64,000 nucleotides of DNA from Ekhidna sp. (GCF_965247405.1 NZ_OZ252014.1:2938569-3002568); one strand, 5' to 3'; shown: positions 45,041-53,805, counted from the first letter of the stretch. Notes: generated by a model not told the origin, from the letters alone. Translations and numbers: made by a program.

Positions 45041-46302
45041 ACCCGCTGCAAATTCCTAAAAGGCATAGGGATTCAAAGCTAGGAATGTACGTCCGATGTA
45101 ATCACTGTAAGCAAAACATTACAGGTAAATGCGTCAAGACTGGCTTAAAGGTTTATACCTGTAAGCATGGCGAAAACCATCGGTATGTGAGTAAGGTATT
45201 TGATAAATCCAAAAACCACATGGTAACCGTTAAAACCTGGCCTAAGGAACTAAGAGACTTTAAGGAATTTTTTCGCTTGCATCTCCAGGCAATCAATAAC
45301 TATGAAAGTAGTCATAGAACTATTAATAGTAAGCCCGGACTAATGGGTGATTGCTTACGGATGTTTATTGATTATTTAGCAGATGTAGGGGTGCCTAGTT
45401 ATGAGCGAAAGAACCTTACTGAGAAGTACATCAAAAGCCAGGTTAATAACCTCAAGGATTTAAAGAGAGCTCTTTCAGATGAAGGAATGAACACTGATTT
45501 TCTAGTTGTTACTGAGTTCTCTAAAAGCCATGTTGGTATAGTTCACGACTACTTAGAAAGTAAGTATGCTGCCAAGACCTACAATCATAAGGTTTCAACT
45601 TATAGAGCCTTTTTTGCCTATTTAATTAAACAGGGTTACGAAATTGACAACTACTTTGATGAGGTTAGAAAGAAGCACACTCAATCTAGAGTTAAAATTA
45701 TCCCGATCCCTTTATTTAAGGAATTATGCGATACTGTTACTCCGATAGGAGGTATCAAGATTGAGAGACAAATCAGGAACGGAAAAGAGCGAGTTTATCA
45801 GAGAAATCTTTATAGGAAATGGCTAATAGATGTGTGGCGTTTTGCTATGTATTCCGGGGCAAGGAATAACGAGATAGCATTCATAAAAGTAAAAGACATT
45901 GAAACTGACTACATACGATGCAGAAACAATAAAGTAAGCACGAAGGAAAAAGAAGTATTTCGTTTAATCTACTTCACCAATGAGTTGATTGAGTTGGTTG
46001 ATCAACTAAAAAAGGGATTGTCAAATGATGATTATCTTCTTGCCCCGGATGAGTTAAATCGTAGAAATATGATTGATGTGGCTTCTAAAGCCTTCACTCA
46101 TTACATGAATAAAATTAGTGATGAAGGTTTCCAGCTATACGATTGTAGATCAACCTACTCAACTGAATTAAGAAAGGTGTTTGATTCTGAAACGGCGCAT
46201 TTATTAGGAGACCTTCATGCCAGATCTACAACAACCATTCAGAATTACATTAACAAGCAGGAATTATTCAAAATCCATAAAGGAAAAAAGCTATTTGGGT
46301 AG
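45037..46302 (+). CDS. Tyrosine-type site-specific integrase with N-terminal Cys/His cluster
   Basis: 421 aa. Candidate catalytic residues are R in YSGARNNEI, an H/R box in LYDCRSTYSTEL and H...Y in GDLHARSTTTIQNYI. The N-terminus has CNHC-x8-C...CKHGENH. It is adjacent to att and the tmRNA. Confidence 0.85.
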   Translation: MNPLQIPKRHRDSKLGMYVRCNHCKQNITGKCVKTGLKVYTCKHGENHRYVSKVFDKSKNHMVTVKTWPKELRDFKEFFRLHLQAINNYESSHRTINSKPGLMGDCLRMFIDYLADVGVPSYERKNLTEKYIKSQVNNLKDLKRALSDEGMNTDFLVVTEFSKSHVGIVHDYLESKYAAKTYNHKVSTYRAFFAYLIKQGYEIDNYFDEVRKKHTQSRVKIIPIPLFKELCDTVTPIGGIKIERQIRNGKERVYQRNLYRKWLIDVWRFAMYSGARNNEIAFIKVKDIETDYIRCRNNKVSTKEKEVFRLIYFTNELIELVDQLKKGLSNDDYLLAPDELNRRNMIDVASKAFTHYMNKISDEGFQLYDCRSTYSTELRKVFDSETAHLLGDLHARSTTTIQNYINKQELFKIHKGKKLFG

Positions 46303-46322
46303 TGGATTTTTGTTATCTACTC

Positions 46323-46340
46323 GACCTATTTACTCGACCT
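46323..46340. repeat. Sub-terminal 18-bp repeat (candidate integrase arm site), right end
   Basis: gacctatttactcgacct. In addition, tactcgacct itself is repeated at 46317-46326 and 46331-46340. Confidence 0.4.
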
Positions 46341-46361
46341 TCATACCCTAAAAAAAATGAA

Positions 46362-46395
46362 AACCGCCCATAAATCACTTTAAAGGCGGTTTTTC
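46362..46395. terminator. Bidirectional terminator between integrase and ssrA
   Basis: The stem is aaccgcc / ggcggtt. T-runs follow it on the plus strand (ttttt) and on the minus strand (ttcatttttttt). Confidence 0.5.
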
Positions 46396-46397
46396 CA

Positions 46398-46426
46398 GTG
46401 GAGTCGGAGGGATTCGAACCCTCGTC
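46398..46426 (-). repeat. att repeat (proximal copy) = 3' end of functional tmRNA
   Basis: It is a 29/29 match to 37190-37218 and forms the T-arm and the 3' acceptor strand of ssrA. Confidence 0.85.
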
Positions 46427-46796
46427 CAGCTAAGGAAATCATATACACTCTACATGCTTAGTCGTTCTTGTTTTATCTCGTACCTGCAGCTGGTGAACAA
46501 CAACCTACTGCAAATACCAGTTGCTTAATTTCATTCAGGATCCACAACACTACCCTGAACTATTCCTTATTATGACACCCCAAATTCCTCTCTCAAGGAC
46601 AAAGAGTGGTGGGATGTGGCAGGGGGAGCCTATGTGGCTCAACCCTGATTAATTAAAACATCTAAGTTCTAATTAGGCTGCCATAGCGTAGTTAGACTCG
46701 CCAATTACAATTTTGAGCGCATTTATCACAGATGTACACTCGCCACCTGGCATGCTAGCATATGCTTTGCACTTCCTGTCGATTCCAGTCGACCCC
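46399..46796 (-). ncRNA. ssrA: Transfer-messenger RNA (tmRNA)
   Basis: The minus strand reads 5' GGGGTCGACTGGAATCGACAGG ... GGACGAGGGTTCGAATCCCTCCGACTCCA 3'. The acceptor stem GGGGTCG/CGACTCC has a G3:U pair. It has a TTCGAAT T-loop and the internal tag ORF GGC GAG TCT AAC TAC GCT ATG GCA GCC TAA (GESNYAMAA) at 46673-46702. CCA is not encoded. Confidence 0.92.
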
Positions 46797-46931
46797 ATAA
46801 ATGAAAGAACGTAAAACACAAAGGTAACATTCCTTTGTGGGAGAGTAAGACAATCAAAAAACTAAAATAGTTCGATCCTTTTTTATAAGATTTTTTCAAT
46901 AGAACCCCCCACATCATTAACTTGCCAGCAG

Positions 46932-48047
46932 ATGGAAAACTTTGTGGTATCGGCGCGTAAGTACAGGCCTTTGGGTTTCGAGGAGGTGGTGGGACAAGAG
47001 CATATTACCACCACACTGGAGAATGCCATCAAATCCAATCACCTGGGTCAGGCATTGCTGTTTTGTGGTCCGCGTGGAGTGGGAAAAACGACCTGCGCTC
47101 GTATCCTGGCTAAGACAATCAACAACTTTGAAAGTGAGTCTGGTGATGGCACTAATAATTTCAACATCTTCGAGCTGGATGCGGCTTCAAATAACTCCGT
47201 AGAGGATATTCGTAACCTGATTGACCAGGTACGGTACCCACCACAACAGGGTCAGTATAAGGTGTACATCATTGATGAGGTTCACATGCTTTCCACCCAG
47301 GCTTTCAACGCCTTTTTGAAGACACTGGAAGAACCACCAGAGTATGCCATATTCATCCTGGCAACTACAGAAAAACATAAAGTGATCCCTACGATCCTTT
47401 CCAGATGTCAGATCTATGATTTCAACCGGATCGAAGTTGCAGATATCGTGAAGCAGCTGGAGAAGATTGCTGCGAGTGAGAAAGTAGAAGCAGAAAAAGA
47501 GGCACTTCATTTGATTGCTCAGAAAGCAGATGGAGCATTGCGTGATGCACTTTCTATTTTTGACCTGATTACCACGTTTTCATCTGATGGTAAGATCACT
47601 TACCAGGATACGATCAAGAACTTGCATATTCTTGATTATGACTACTATTTCAAGTTGGTAGATGACTTGCTGGATCAAAATATGTCCGGATCACTCATGC
47701 TTTTTGATGAAATTCTGAGAAATGGATTTGATGGGAATAATTTCCTGAATGGCTTTCAGCAGCACCTGAGAAATTTACTTGTTTCAAAGGACGAGAAAAC
47801 GATTACTTTACTTGAGGTTACGGACAACCTAAAAACCAAATATGCTGAACAAGCAGCCAATTGTAGTCCATCGTTTTTGCTTTCTGCACTTAATATCTCC
47901 AACCAGTTTGAGTTAAACTTCAAGCAAAGTAAAAATCAGCGACTTCATGTGGAGCTATGCCTGATGAAACTAGCCCATCTGCAGAATGCGCTTGCACTTA
48001 GCTCCTCAGATAATGGAGCAAAAAAAAAAGGCCACATAGTAGCATAA
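46932..48047 (+). CDS. dnaX: DNA polymerase III subunit gamma/tau, zero-frame (gamma-like, 371 aa) product
   Basis: It has the clamp-loader AAA+ motifs GPRGVGKTTCARI, IIDEVHML and SRC (ILSRCQ). The frame ends 6 codons after an A10 run. Confidence 0.92.
   Translation: MENFVVSARKYRPLGFEEVVGQEHITTTLENAIKSNHLGQALLFCGPRGVGKTTCARILAKTINNFESESGDGTNNFNIFELDAASNNSVEDIRNLIDQVRYPPQQGQYKVYIIDEVHMLSTQAFNAFLKTLEEPPEYAIFILATTEKHKVIPTILSRCQIYDFNRIEVADIVKQLEKIAASEKVEAEKEALHLIAQKADGALRDALSIFDLITTFSSDGKITYQDTIKNLHILDYDYYFKLVDDLLDQNMSGSLMLFDEILRNGFDGNNFLNGFQQHLRNLLVSKDEKTITLLEVTDNLKTKYAEQAANCSPSFLLSALNISNQFELNFKQSKNQRLHVELCLMKLAHLQNALALSSSDNGAKKKGHIVA
48020..48029 (+). promoter_or_regulatory. dnaX: A10 slippery run in dnaX (candidate frameshift or transcriptional slippage site)
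   Basis: The zero frame reads GGA GCA AAA AAA AAA GGC. The -1 frame has a stop at 48011-48013 and is open from 48014 to 48700. GGAG lies just upstream of the run. Confidence 0.6.
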
Positions 48048-48700
48048 ACCAAGTCGACGAATCAAAATCAAGCAACTCGAATCAAGCTTCTAAAGGAGCG
48101 AGTGAACCTTCTGAAAAAGAGGATGTAAAACCTGTTGATGAAACACCGCCACCTCCCACCGAGGAGCCACACGTAACCACTACTGCACAACAAGAATCTA
48201 AAGCTCCTATACCGAGACCTAGTCCGGTGGTGAAGCCTTCTAATTCAGATAAGCCGAAAGAAACACCGAGCATTTTTGGTAAGAAGAAAAAGAAGGTATC
48301 AGAAGAGGAGGCTTCTCCAGTTATTGACAAAAAGGAAAATGATTTTTCTGATGATGATTTACAAAAGGCATGGAAAGCGTTTTCGGAGCAAAAAACGAAT
48401 GCAGGAGATACTGAAAAGCTAGTCCTCAGCAAGTCAGTGAAAAAAGGTGAGGAGTCCAGTGTGATTTTAATGTTGGGTAGTCAGCTAGAGGTTAGCTTTC
48501 TTGAAAAATTTGATACAGAAGTTGTTCAGTTTCTGAGATCAGAACTTCAGAATGATCATATCGTCATCCGAACAGAGATTGCAGAAATCAAGGATGAGAA
48601 GAAGCTTTATACCAGCACAGATATCTTCGATTACATGGTCAAGCAAAATCCAGATTTGAAAGATTTAAAAGATCGGTTAGGGCTGGACTTTGATTATTAG
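48029..48700 (+). CDS. dnaX: dnaX tau-specific C-terminal segment (-1 frame relative to 46932-48047)
   Basis: The -1 frame encodes a Pro/Glu/Lys-rich linker and then a conserved-looking C-terminal domain (AWKAFSEQ...VILMLGSQLEVSFLEKF...VQFLRSELQNDHIVIRTEI...YMVKQNPDLKDLKDRLGLDFDY). The ORF track shows only 48227-48700. Confidence 0.7.
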   Translation, partial: RPHSSINQVDESKSSNSNQASKGASEPSEKEDVKPVDETPPPPTEEPHVTTTAQQESKAPIPRPSPVVKPSNSDKPKETPSIFGKKKKKVSEEEASPVIDKKENDFSDDDLQKAWKAFSEQKTNAGDTEKLVLSKSVKKGEESSVILMLGSQLEVSFLEKFDTEVVQFLRSELQNDHIVIRTEIAEIKDEKKLYTSTDIFDYMVKQNPDLKDLKDRLGLDFDY

Positions 48701-48801
48701 TTAGATGGACTCCTGTCTTTTAATCCAATTTTTTATTCAATAAATCCAACCAATAGGTCGCGTTCGTAAGTAGGTCAAAACAATTGAAAATACTTATGAA
48801 C

Positions 48802-50004
48802 ATGAAAAAACTAAAGTCAATATTTACATTAATACTTGTATCAGCTCTATTGTTGAGTTGCGGAGATGATGATGGAGCTTCCATATCCTTAGAGACAGGT
48901 ACTGAAGTTTCTTTTAATCTATTTGATGTCACAGGTGGGGGCGTCTTAGGAACAGCAACATTCGCAGAACTATCAGATGGAACAACCAAGGTAACAATCG
49001 ATATTGCAAGCTCATTATTGGTTGGAGATCACCCCATTCATATTCATGAAAATACAGCAGCAGAAGGAGGTGATATAGCGGTTACCCTTAATCCGGTTGA
49101 TGCAAGTGGTATGAGCGAGACTACTGTGGAAACACTTGACGATGGCACTTCAATCAGTTATAACGAACTTGTGACCTTTGATGGCTACATCAACGTACAT
49201 TTGAGTGCTGCTGAGTTAGCAACTCTTGTGGCTCAAGGCGATATTGGAGTGAATGCATTTACCGGAGAGTCAATGTCTTATGATCTAAATGAAGCTGACC
49301 TGGTAGGAATTTCTGGTACTGCAATATTTGAGGAGCGAGTGAGCGGTGAAACGCTAGTGACATTAATGTTGGAAAATACTCCTGATGGGGGTTCACATCC
49401 GTCTCATATTCACATGAATACTGCAGCTGAAGGAGGTGACATTGCTGTCACGCTGGAGAGTGTCAATGGAACCTCTGGAATGTCAAAGACGAATGTTTCA
49501 GCCTTGGATGATGGAACCATGATTTCTTATAACGAACTGATCGATTATGATGGGTATATTAATGTGCACGCAAGTGCTGATGACTTGGCTACCTTAGCTG
49601 CACAAGGAGATATTGGACAAAATGTGTTGACGGGGATGTCTGAGACGTATGATCTGAATGAAGTAGATGTCGCTGGTGTTTCCGGTACAGTTACCTTTAG
49701 TCAACGAGTAAATGATGAGATCCTAGTTACAATACAATTAATGGGTACAACTCAAGGAGATTCTCATCCAACACACATTCACTTCAACTCTGCTGCTGAA
49801 GGAGGAGATATCGCAGTAACGCTAACGAGTGTGGACGGTACGACAGGAATGTCTCAGACCAATGTGTCTGCTTTGAATGACATGACTTCTCTGACTTATA
49901 ATGCTCTTATCACTTTTGATGGGTATATCAACGTACACCAAAGCACCGATGATCTTGCTACCCTGATAGCTCAAGGCGATATCGGAGCAAATGCAGGAAT
50001 GTGA
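48802..50004 (+). CDS. Lipoprotein with three tandem CHRD-like domains
   Basis: It has the lipobox LLLSCGDDD. Three repeats of about 122 aa each carry HP(I/S/T)HIH.N(T/S)AAEGGDIAVTL and DGYINVH...LATL.AQGDIG, which is the CHRD pattern. The ATG at 48802 is preferred over 48784. Confidence 0.65.
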   Translation: MKKLKSIFTLILVSALLLSCGDDDGASISLETGTEVSFNLFDVTGGGVLGTATFAELSDGTTKVTIDIASSLLVGDHPIHIHENTAAEGGDIAVTLNPVDASGMSETTVETLDDGTSISYNELVTFDGYINVHLSAAELATLVAQGDIGVNAFTGESMSYDLNEADLVGISGTAIFEERVSGETLVTLMLENTPDGGSHPSHIHMNTAAEGGDIAVTLESVNGTSGMSKTNVSALDDGTMISYNELIDYDGYINVHASADDLATLAAQGDIGQNVLTGMSETYDLNEVDVAGVSGTVTFSQRVNDEILVTIQLMGTTQGDSHPTHIHFNSAAEGGDIAVTLTSVDGTTGMSQTNVSALNDMTSLTYNALITFDGYINVHQSTDDLATLIAQGDIGANAGM

Positions 50005-50025
50005 TTTAAAAGATATCTCTAAGTC

Positions 50026-50053
50026 AAAAAAGCGGCCGCAGAGCCGCTTTTTT
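50026..50053. terminator. Bidirectional terminator between convergent genes
   Basis: The 11-bp stem aaaaaagcggc / gccgctttttt has a 6-nt loop and A/T runs on both sides. Confidence 0.6.
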
Positions 50054-51857
50054 ATTCTTCATCATACACCTTCAACTCCTGACCGACATCCAAAGCAAAT
50101 CCATTGAGATTGTTTAGATCTACCACCTCATCTACCGTCATGCCGTATTTTCTGGAAATGGCATAAACGGTTTCGCCTGGTGCTACCGTATGGTTGATGA
50201 TTTTTTTCCCGACAGAAGCTTCCTCAATGGGAGCTTTCACCTGAATGTTTTGCCCGATGCTAATGGAGTTTGGATCCGGAAGGTGATTCCATCTAAGCAA
50301 ATCTTCCATCTCTACTTCATAGAGTTGAGATATGCTCCAGAGTGTCTCACCAGCTGCGATGGTGTGAATCTTCACTTTCTTCAAACGCTCCTCTTTGGTA
50401 TCAACTACTGGTACAATAATGTCCGGTACTTCTTCTTCGATGATTTCTTCGCTAACCGGTTCTTCTACTGACTCTTTAGTAATGATTTCATCATCCACAT
50501 TGCCAGCAGAGGCGATAGGTCTGGCAGCTGGTTTAGTAATGTTAGGTTTGCTTAGCTTATGATAGGCGATCGGTTCGCTGGAAGGGCGTGTTTTATCCAT
50601 CCATAAAACTCTGCCTGGCTTCAACTCATCGATGATGCTCATTCGATTTCGTTTGGCCAGTTTGGATAATCGTATTCCATATTGTTGAGAGATTCCCCAT
50701 AGTGATTCATCTCGCTTAGCCACATGAAATCCAATTTTAGCTTTACCCTTTTTCTTTTTGATGTAGTAAAATTCATTTGGGATTATCTTATCTGACTCAC
50801 CCATGTCATTGAATTTTCTAAATCGTTTTTCTGAAATTCCGGCACGTGCGGAAAGGCTGTGAACATCGTCACGCTCTCTGGCAAGTATGGAAGGAATGCC
50901 ATTCAGAGGGATGATAGTAGACTTATTCGCTTCGGTAATACCTGGCTTCAGCTCAGTAGGATAGATTTTCTTTTCAGGCTCTGAGATTTTGTTTCGTTTG
51001 GTATCATTGTGAGCAATGGCTCTTTTGGGTGGGGTACCATGCCGGGGAACAAGCACAGAGTAGGTTTTGTCTTTCGGAACATCACCCCGTTTCAACCATT
51101 TGTTGTATTTCTCTAGTTCCTCCAGGTCTACCTTTTCTTCCTTTGCAATTTGAGAAAGGCTTTTACCTCCGGCATTTTTGATTTCATCCAACCAGATTCC
51201 CTCCGAATTGGGACGACCAACAGCTGGAGTGAAAGCAACTATATGCGCTATGAATTTCTTTACGTACCAATGAGTCTTACTATTGATGGTCATTCGCTTT
51301 GCATCCATATTGGAATTGTCCACATATTTCTGAGCTCCACCACGCCCCGTGTTGTAGGCCATCACCGAATACACCCAGTTTTTCAGAAAGTAATTGTGAC
51401 TATTGAGGTACTTGGCTGATCCTCTTGAGGCAGAGACAATATTTAGCCGTTCATCTACCTGCCGATCTACTCGCAAGCCCACTTCACGTGCGGTAAAATC
51501 TTTGAATTGCCAGAAGCCGACCGCATTGGCAGAAGAAACTGCGTCTGAGATAAGGGCACTTTCCTGAATGGCAAGGAACTTTATTTCATCGGGAATGCCT
51601 GCTTCTCTATGCTCACGTTCAATGATTGGGAAGTAGAGGTTCATTCGATCTACCAGGATATTGTAGTAGGTCTGACTCTGAGTGAGTCGATCCACATCTT
51701 TTTGAATTTGCCTGCGGGTGGATTCATTGATTGAGAGACGTAAGTCACCCAGCATCATCTCACTTGGGACAGTTTGAGCGAAACCACCATAAGAAATGGC
51801 TAAAAACATAAGCCAGTTCAAAACTCGAAACTTAAAACTCGAAACTTTCAATTTCAT
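50052..51857 (-). CDS. MltD-like lytic transglycosylase with LysM domains
   Basis: 601 aa. The SLT catalytic region is IQESALISDAVSSANAVGFWQF. Three LysM-like units follow (HVAKRDESLWGISQQYG; HTIAAGETLWSISQLYE; HTVAPGETVYAISRKYG). Confidence 0.85.
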   Translation of the reverse strand: MKLKVSSFKFRVLNWLMFLAISYGGFAQTVPSEMMLGDLRLSINESTRRQIQKDVDRLTQSQTYYNILVDRMNLYFPIIEREHREAGIPDEIKFLAIQESALISDAVSSANAVGFWQFKDFTAREVGLRVDRQVDERLNIVSASRGSAKYLNSHNYFLKNWVYSVMAYNTGRGGAQKYVDNSNMDAKRMTINSKTHWYVKKFIAHIVAFTPAVGRPNSEGIWLDEIKNAGGKSLSQIAKEEKVDLEELEKYNKWLKRGDVPKDKTYSVLVPRHGTPPKRAIAHNDTKRNKISEPEKKIYPTELKPGITEANKSTIIPLNGIPSILARERDDVHSLSARAGISEKRFRKFNDMGESDKIIPNEFYYIKKKKGKAKIGFHVAKRDESLWGISQQYGIRLSKLAKRNRMSIIDELKPGRVLWMDKTRPSSEPIAYHKLSKPNITKPAARPIASAGNVDDEIITKESVEEPVSEEIIEEEVPDIIVPVVDTKEERLKKVKIHTIAAGETLWSISQLYEVEMEDLLRWNHLPDPNSISIGQNIQVKAPIEEASVGKKIINHTVAPGETVYAISRKYGMTVDEVVDLNNLNGFALDVGQELKVYDEE

Positions 51858-52492
51858 ACTTTTCTCAAAATCATCAAACCATCCCGAATAGGGAATAGAA
51901 CGTTTTGTACACGTGAATCCGTATGTACCTTTTTATTAAACGCTCGTATTGCTTCTGTGTCTTTATCTGATTTGGTTTTATCAAACACCTTACCACTCCA
52001 GAGTACATTGTCAGCAATAATAAATCCTCCGGTGTTCACTTGATCTATTACCTGATCAAAATAGTTACCATAGTTTTCCTTGTCTGCATCTATAAATACC
52101 AGATCCCATTTTTCTTTCAATGTGGGGATGATGTCAGAGGCATTTCCCACACGTAAATCAATCTGATCGGTCCATTTGGATTGATTGAAATACTCTTTTG
52201 TTCGCAAAGAAAGTTCCTCATTGTTATCTATGGTTATCAGCCGACCATCTGACTGCATGCCTTCTGCCATACATAGCGCAGCATACCCGGTATAGGTACC
52301 AATTTCCAGGATGTTTTTCGGCTGAATCATGTGTGATAGCATGGATAGAACACGCCCTTGTAGGTGGCCGGAGAGCATACGAGGCTTTAAAACATGGAGG
52401 TGGGTTTCCCTGTTGATCTGCTGAAGCAAATCAGATTCAGGTTCAGAGTGATCTTCTACATACTTTTGAAGATCTTCAGGTAAAAATTCCAT
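51854..52492 (-). CDS. Class I SAM-dependent O-methyltransferase (family 3, caffeoyl-CoA OMT-like)
   Basis: It has ILEIGTYTGYAALCMAEG, ITIDNNEE and DLVFIDADKENY. Confidence 0.85.
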   Translation of the reverse strand: MEFLPEDLQKYVEDHSEPESDLLQQINRETHLHVLKPRMLSGHLQGRVLSMLSHMIQPKNILEIGTYTGYAALCMAEGMQSDGRLITIDNNEELSLRTKEYFNQSKWTDQIDLRVGNASDIIPTLKEKWDLVFIDADKENYGNYFDQVIDQVNTGGFIIADNVLWSGKVFDKTKSDKDTEAIRAFNKKVHTDSRVQNVLFPIRDGLMILRKV

Positions 52493-52508
52493 GTATGTAA
52501 AGATAGGA

Positions 52509-53747
52509 TTATTCCGGGAGATATGTCAATGCACTCATGTTATCCGTGGGTAAATACCTAACTGCAAGATTCTGAATATCAGAGGCGGTGATATTATCAA
52601 TCTTCTCAAATACACTGTTGATGTCAGGGACCTTGTTTAGATCCAATTGGCTTTTTGCCATCATCAGCATTATGGCGTTTTTGTTTTCCTCAGAGAGAGC
52701 CATTTGTCCTTTGATCTGGTTTTTGGCTCTATGAAGCTGCATGCTTCCCAATGGCTTTTTCTTAAGGGCTTCAATTTCCTTTAAGATAATACGCTGACTC
52801 TTTTTGAGGTTTTTTGGGTCAGTCGCAAAATAAATGGCGAACTGTCCAGTCTCAAGATATGGAGCATAGCTCGCATCAACTCCATAAACTAATCCATGCT
52901 TTTCTCTGAGAGAAAGATTAAGTCTGGAGCTCATACTAGGTCCTCCCAGCAGATTTACCAAAAAGAAAAATGGAATTCGGTTTTCATCCTTGATGCTCAA
53001 AGACGGCATTCCCATAGCAAAGTGTGCCTGCGTGATGGGCTTTCTTGTTTCTTTCCTTGATGATTGATAGTCTGAGAACCAATTTCTGGAAGGAGTATGG
53101 TTTTTATGGGGTATTTCACTCAGATATTTATTAGCCAACTTTTCCACCTTCCTTGCTGAATAATTACCAACACTTGAAAGAATAATTTTTTCAGTATTCA
53201 GGTTGCGATCAAGAAATGATCGGAAGTCGCCTTGGTGGAAAGAGTTGACCGTTTGCTCTGTACCAAGAATATTTTTACCAAGTACATGATTTGGAAAAAG
53301 CTGCTCATCAAATTCATCCTGAATGGCATCCTCAGGTGTATCCCGATACATGCTCATTTCTTCTAAAATCACCGAGCGTTCTTTTTCAATTTGCTTCTCG
53401 GGGAAAGTTGAGTTGAAAGTGATGTCTACCAGCAGGTCTACGGCTTTTTCTAAATGAATATCAAGCAGCGTGGCATAAAAACAGATCTTCTCTTTGGTGG
53501 TATAGGCGTTTAGCTCACCACCTAGAGATTCCAATCGATTAATGATATGGTAGGAATTTCTTTTGGCCGTTCCCTTAAAGGCCATGTGTTCAAGGAAGTG
53601 TGCAAGCCCCTGCTCTTCCACCGTTTCATCCCTGCTGCCAATGTCCAGCATGATGCCTACGTGGGCGATTTTAGTTTGTGGCACTTCTTTATGAATCACC
53701 CGTATGCCGTTCGACAATTCTATCAGCTCGTATTCCTTCTTGCTCAT
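52509..53747 (-). CDS. M16-family (pitrilysin/insulinase-like) zinc peptidase
   Basis: It has the inverted zinc motif HFLEHMAFKGT (HxxEH). The 412-aa length fits a single M16 unit. Confidence 0.85.
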   Translation of the reverse strand: MSKKEYELIELSNGIRVIHKEVPQTKIAHVGIMLDIGSRDETVEEQGLAHFLEHMAFKGTAKRNSYHIINRLESLGGELNAYTTKEKICFYATLLDIHLEKAVDLLVDITFNSTFPEKQIEKERSVILEEMSMYRDTPEDAIQDEFDEQLFPNHVLGKNILGTEQTVNSFHQGDFRSFLDRNLNTEKIILSSVGNYSARKVEKLANKYLSEIPHKNHTPSRNWFSDYQSSRKETRKPITQAHFAMGMPSLSIKDENRIPFFFLVNLLGGPSMSSRLNLSLREKHGLVYGVDASYAPYLETGQFAIYFATDPKNLKKSQRIILKEIEALKKKPLGSMQLHRAKNQIKGQMALSEENKNAIMLMMAKSQLDLNKVPDINSVFEKIDNITASDIQNLAVRYLPTDNMSALTYLPE

Positions 53748-53768
53748 GAGGGCGCAAAGTTACTTCAA

Positions 53769-53800
53769 CCACCCCTGCCACTCCTTGGAAAGGAGGGGAA
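53769..53800. repeat. CCACCCCTG...GGAGGGGAA hairpin repeat (copy 2)
   Basis: ccacccctgccactccttggaaaggaggggaa is related to 8237-8264. It lies immediately 5' of the DUF559 fragment. Confidence 0.5.
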
Positions 53801-53805
53801 AATTT

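Larger units (their letters stand above)
37190..46426. mobile_element. 9.2-kb ssrA-integrated phage-like element (satellite-like or remnant prophage)
   Basis: It has 29-bp perfect direct repeats at both ends and a tyrosine integrase next to the intact tmRNA. Its content is phage structural and replication-type ORFs arranged in two divergent modules. Confidence 0.8.

Noticed and set aside
37190-46426. Reading the ssrA island as an intact temperate prophage
   Set aside because: At 9.2 kb it has no ORF large enough for a portal or large terminase, and no tail tube, baseplate or lysis genes. It cannot form virions on its own.
48082-48432. 116-aa antisense ORF opposite the dnaX linker
   Set aside because: It is the mirror image of the Pro/Glu/Lys-rich tau linker. 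It has low-complexity Ser/Gly/Phe composition and no start context.
53704-53805. N-terminal third of the 107-aa ORF containing the DUF559 fragment
   Set aside because: This part overlaps the M16 peptidase start on the opposite strand and runs through the hairpin repeat. DUF559 homology begins only at 53806, so the locus is called a truncated remnant.
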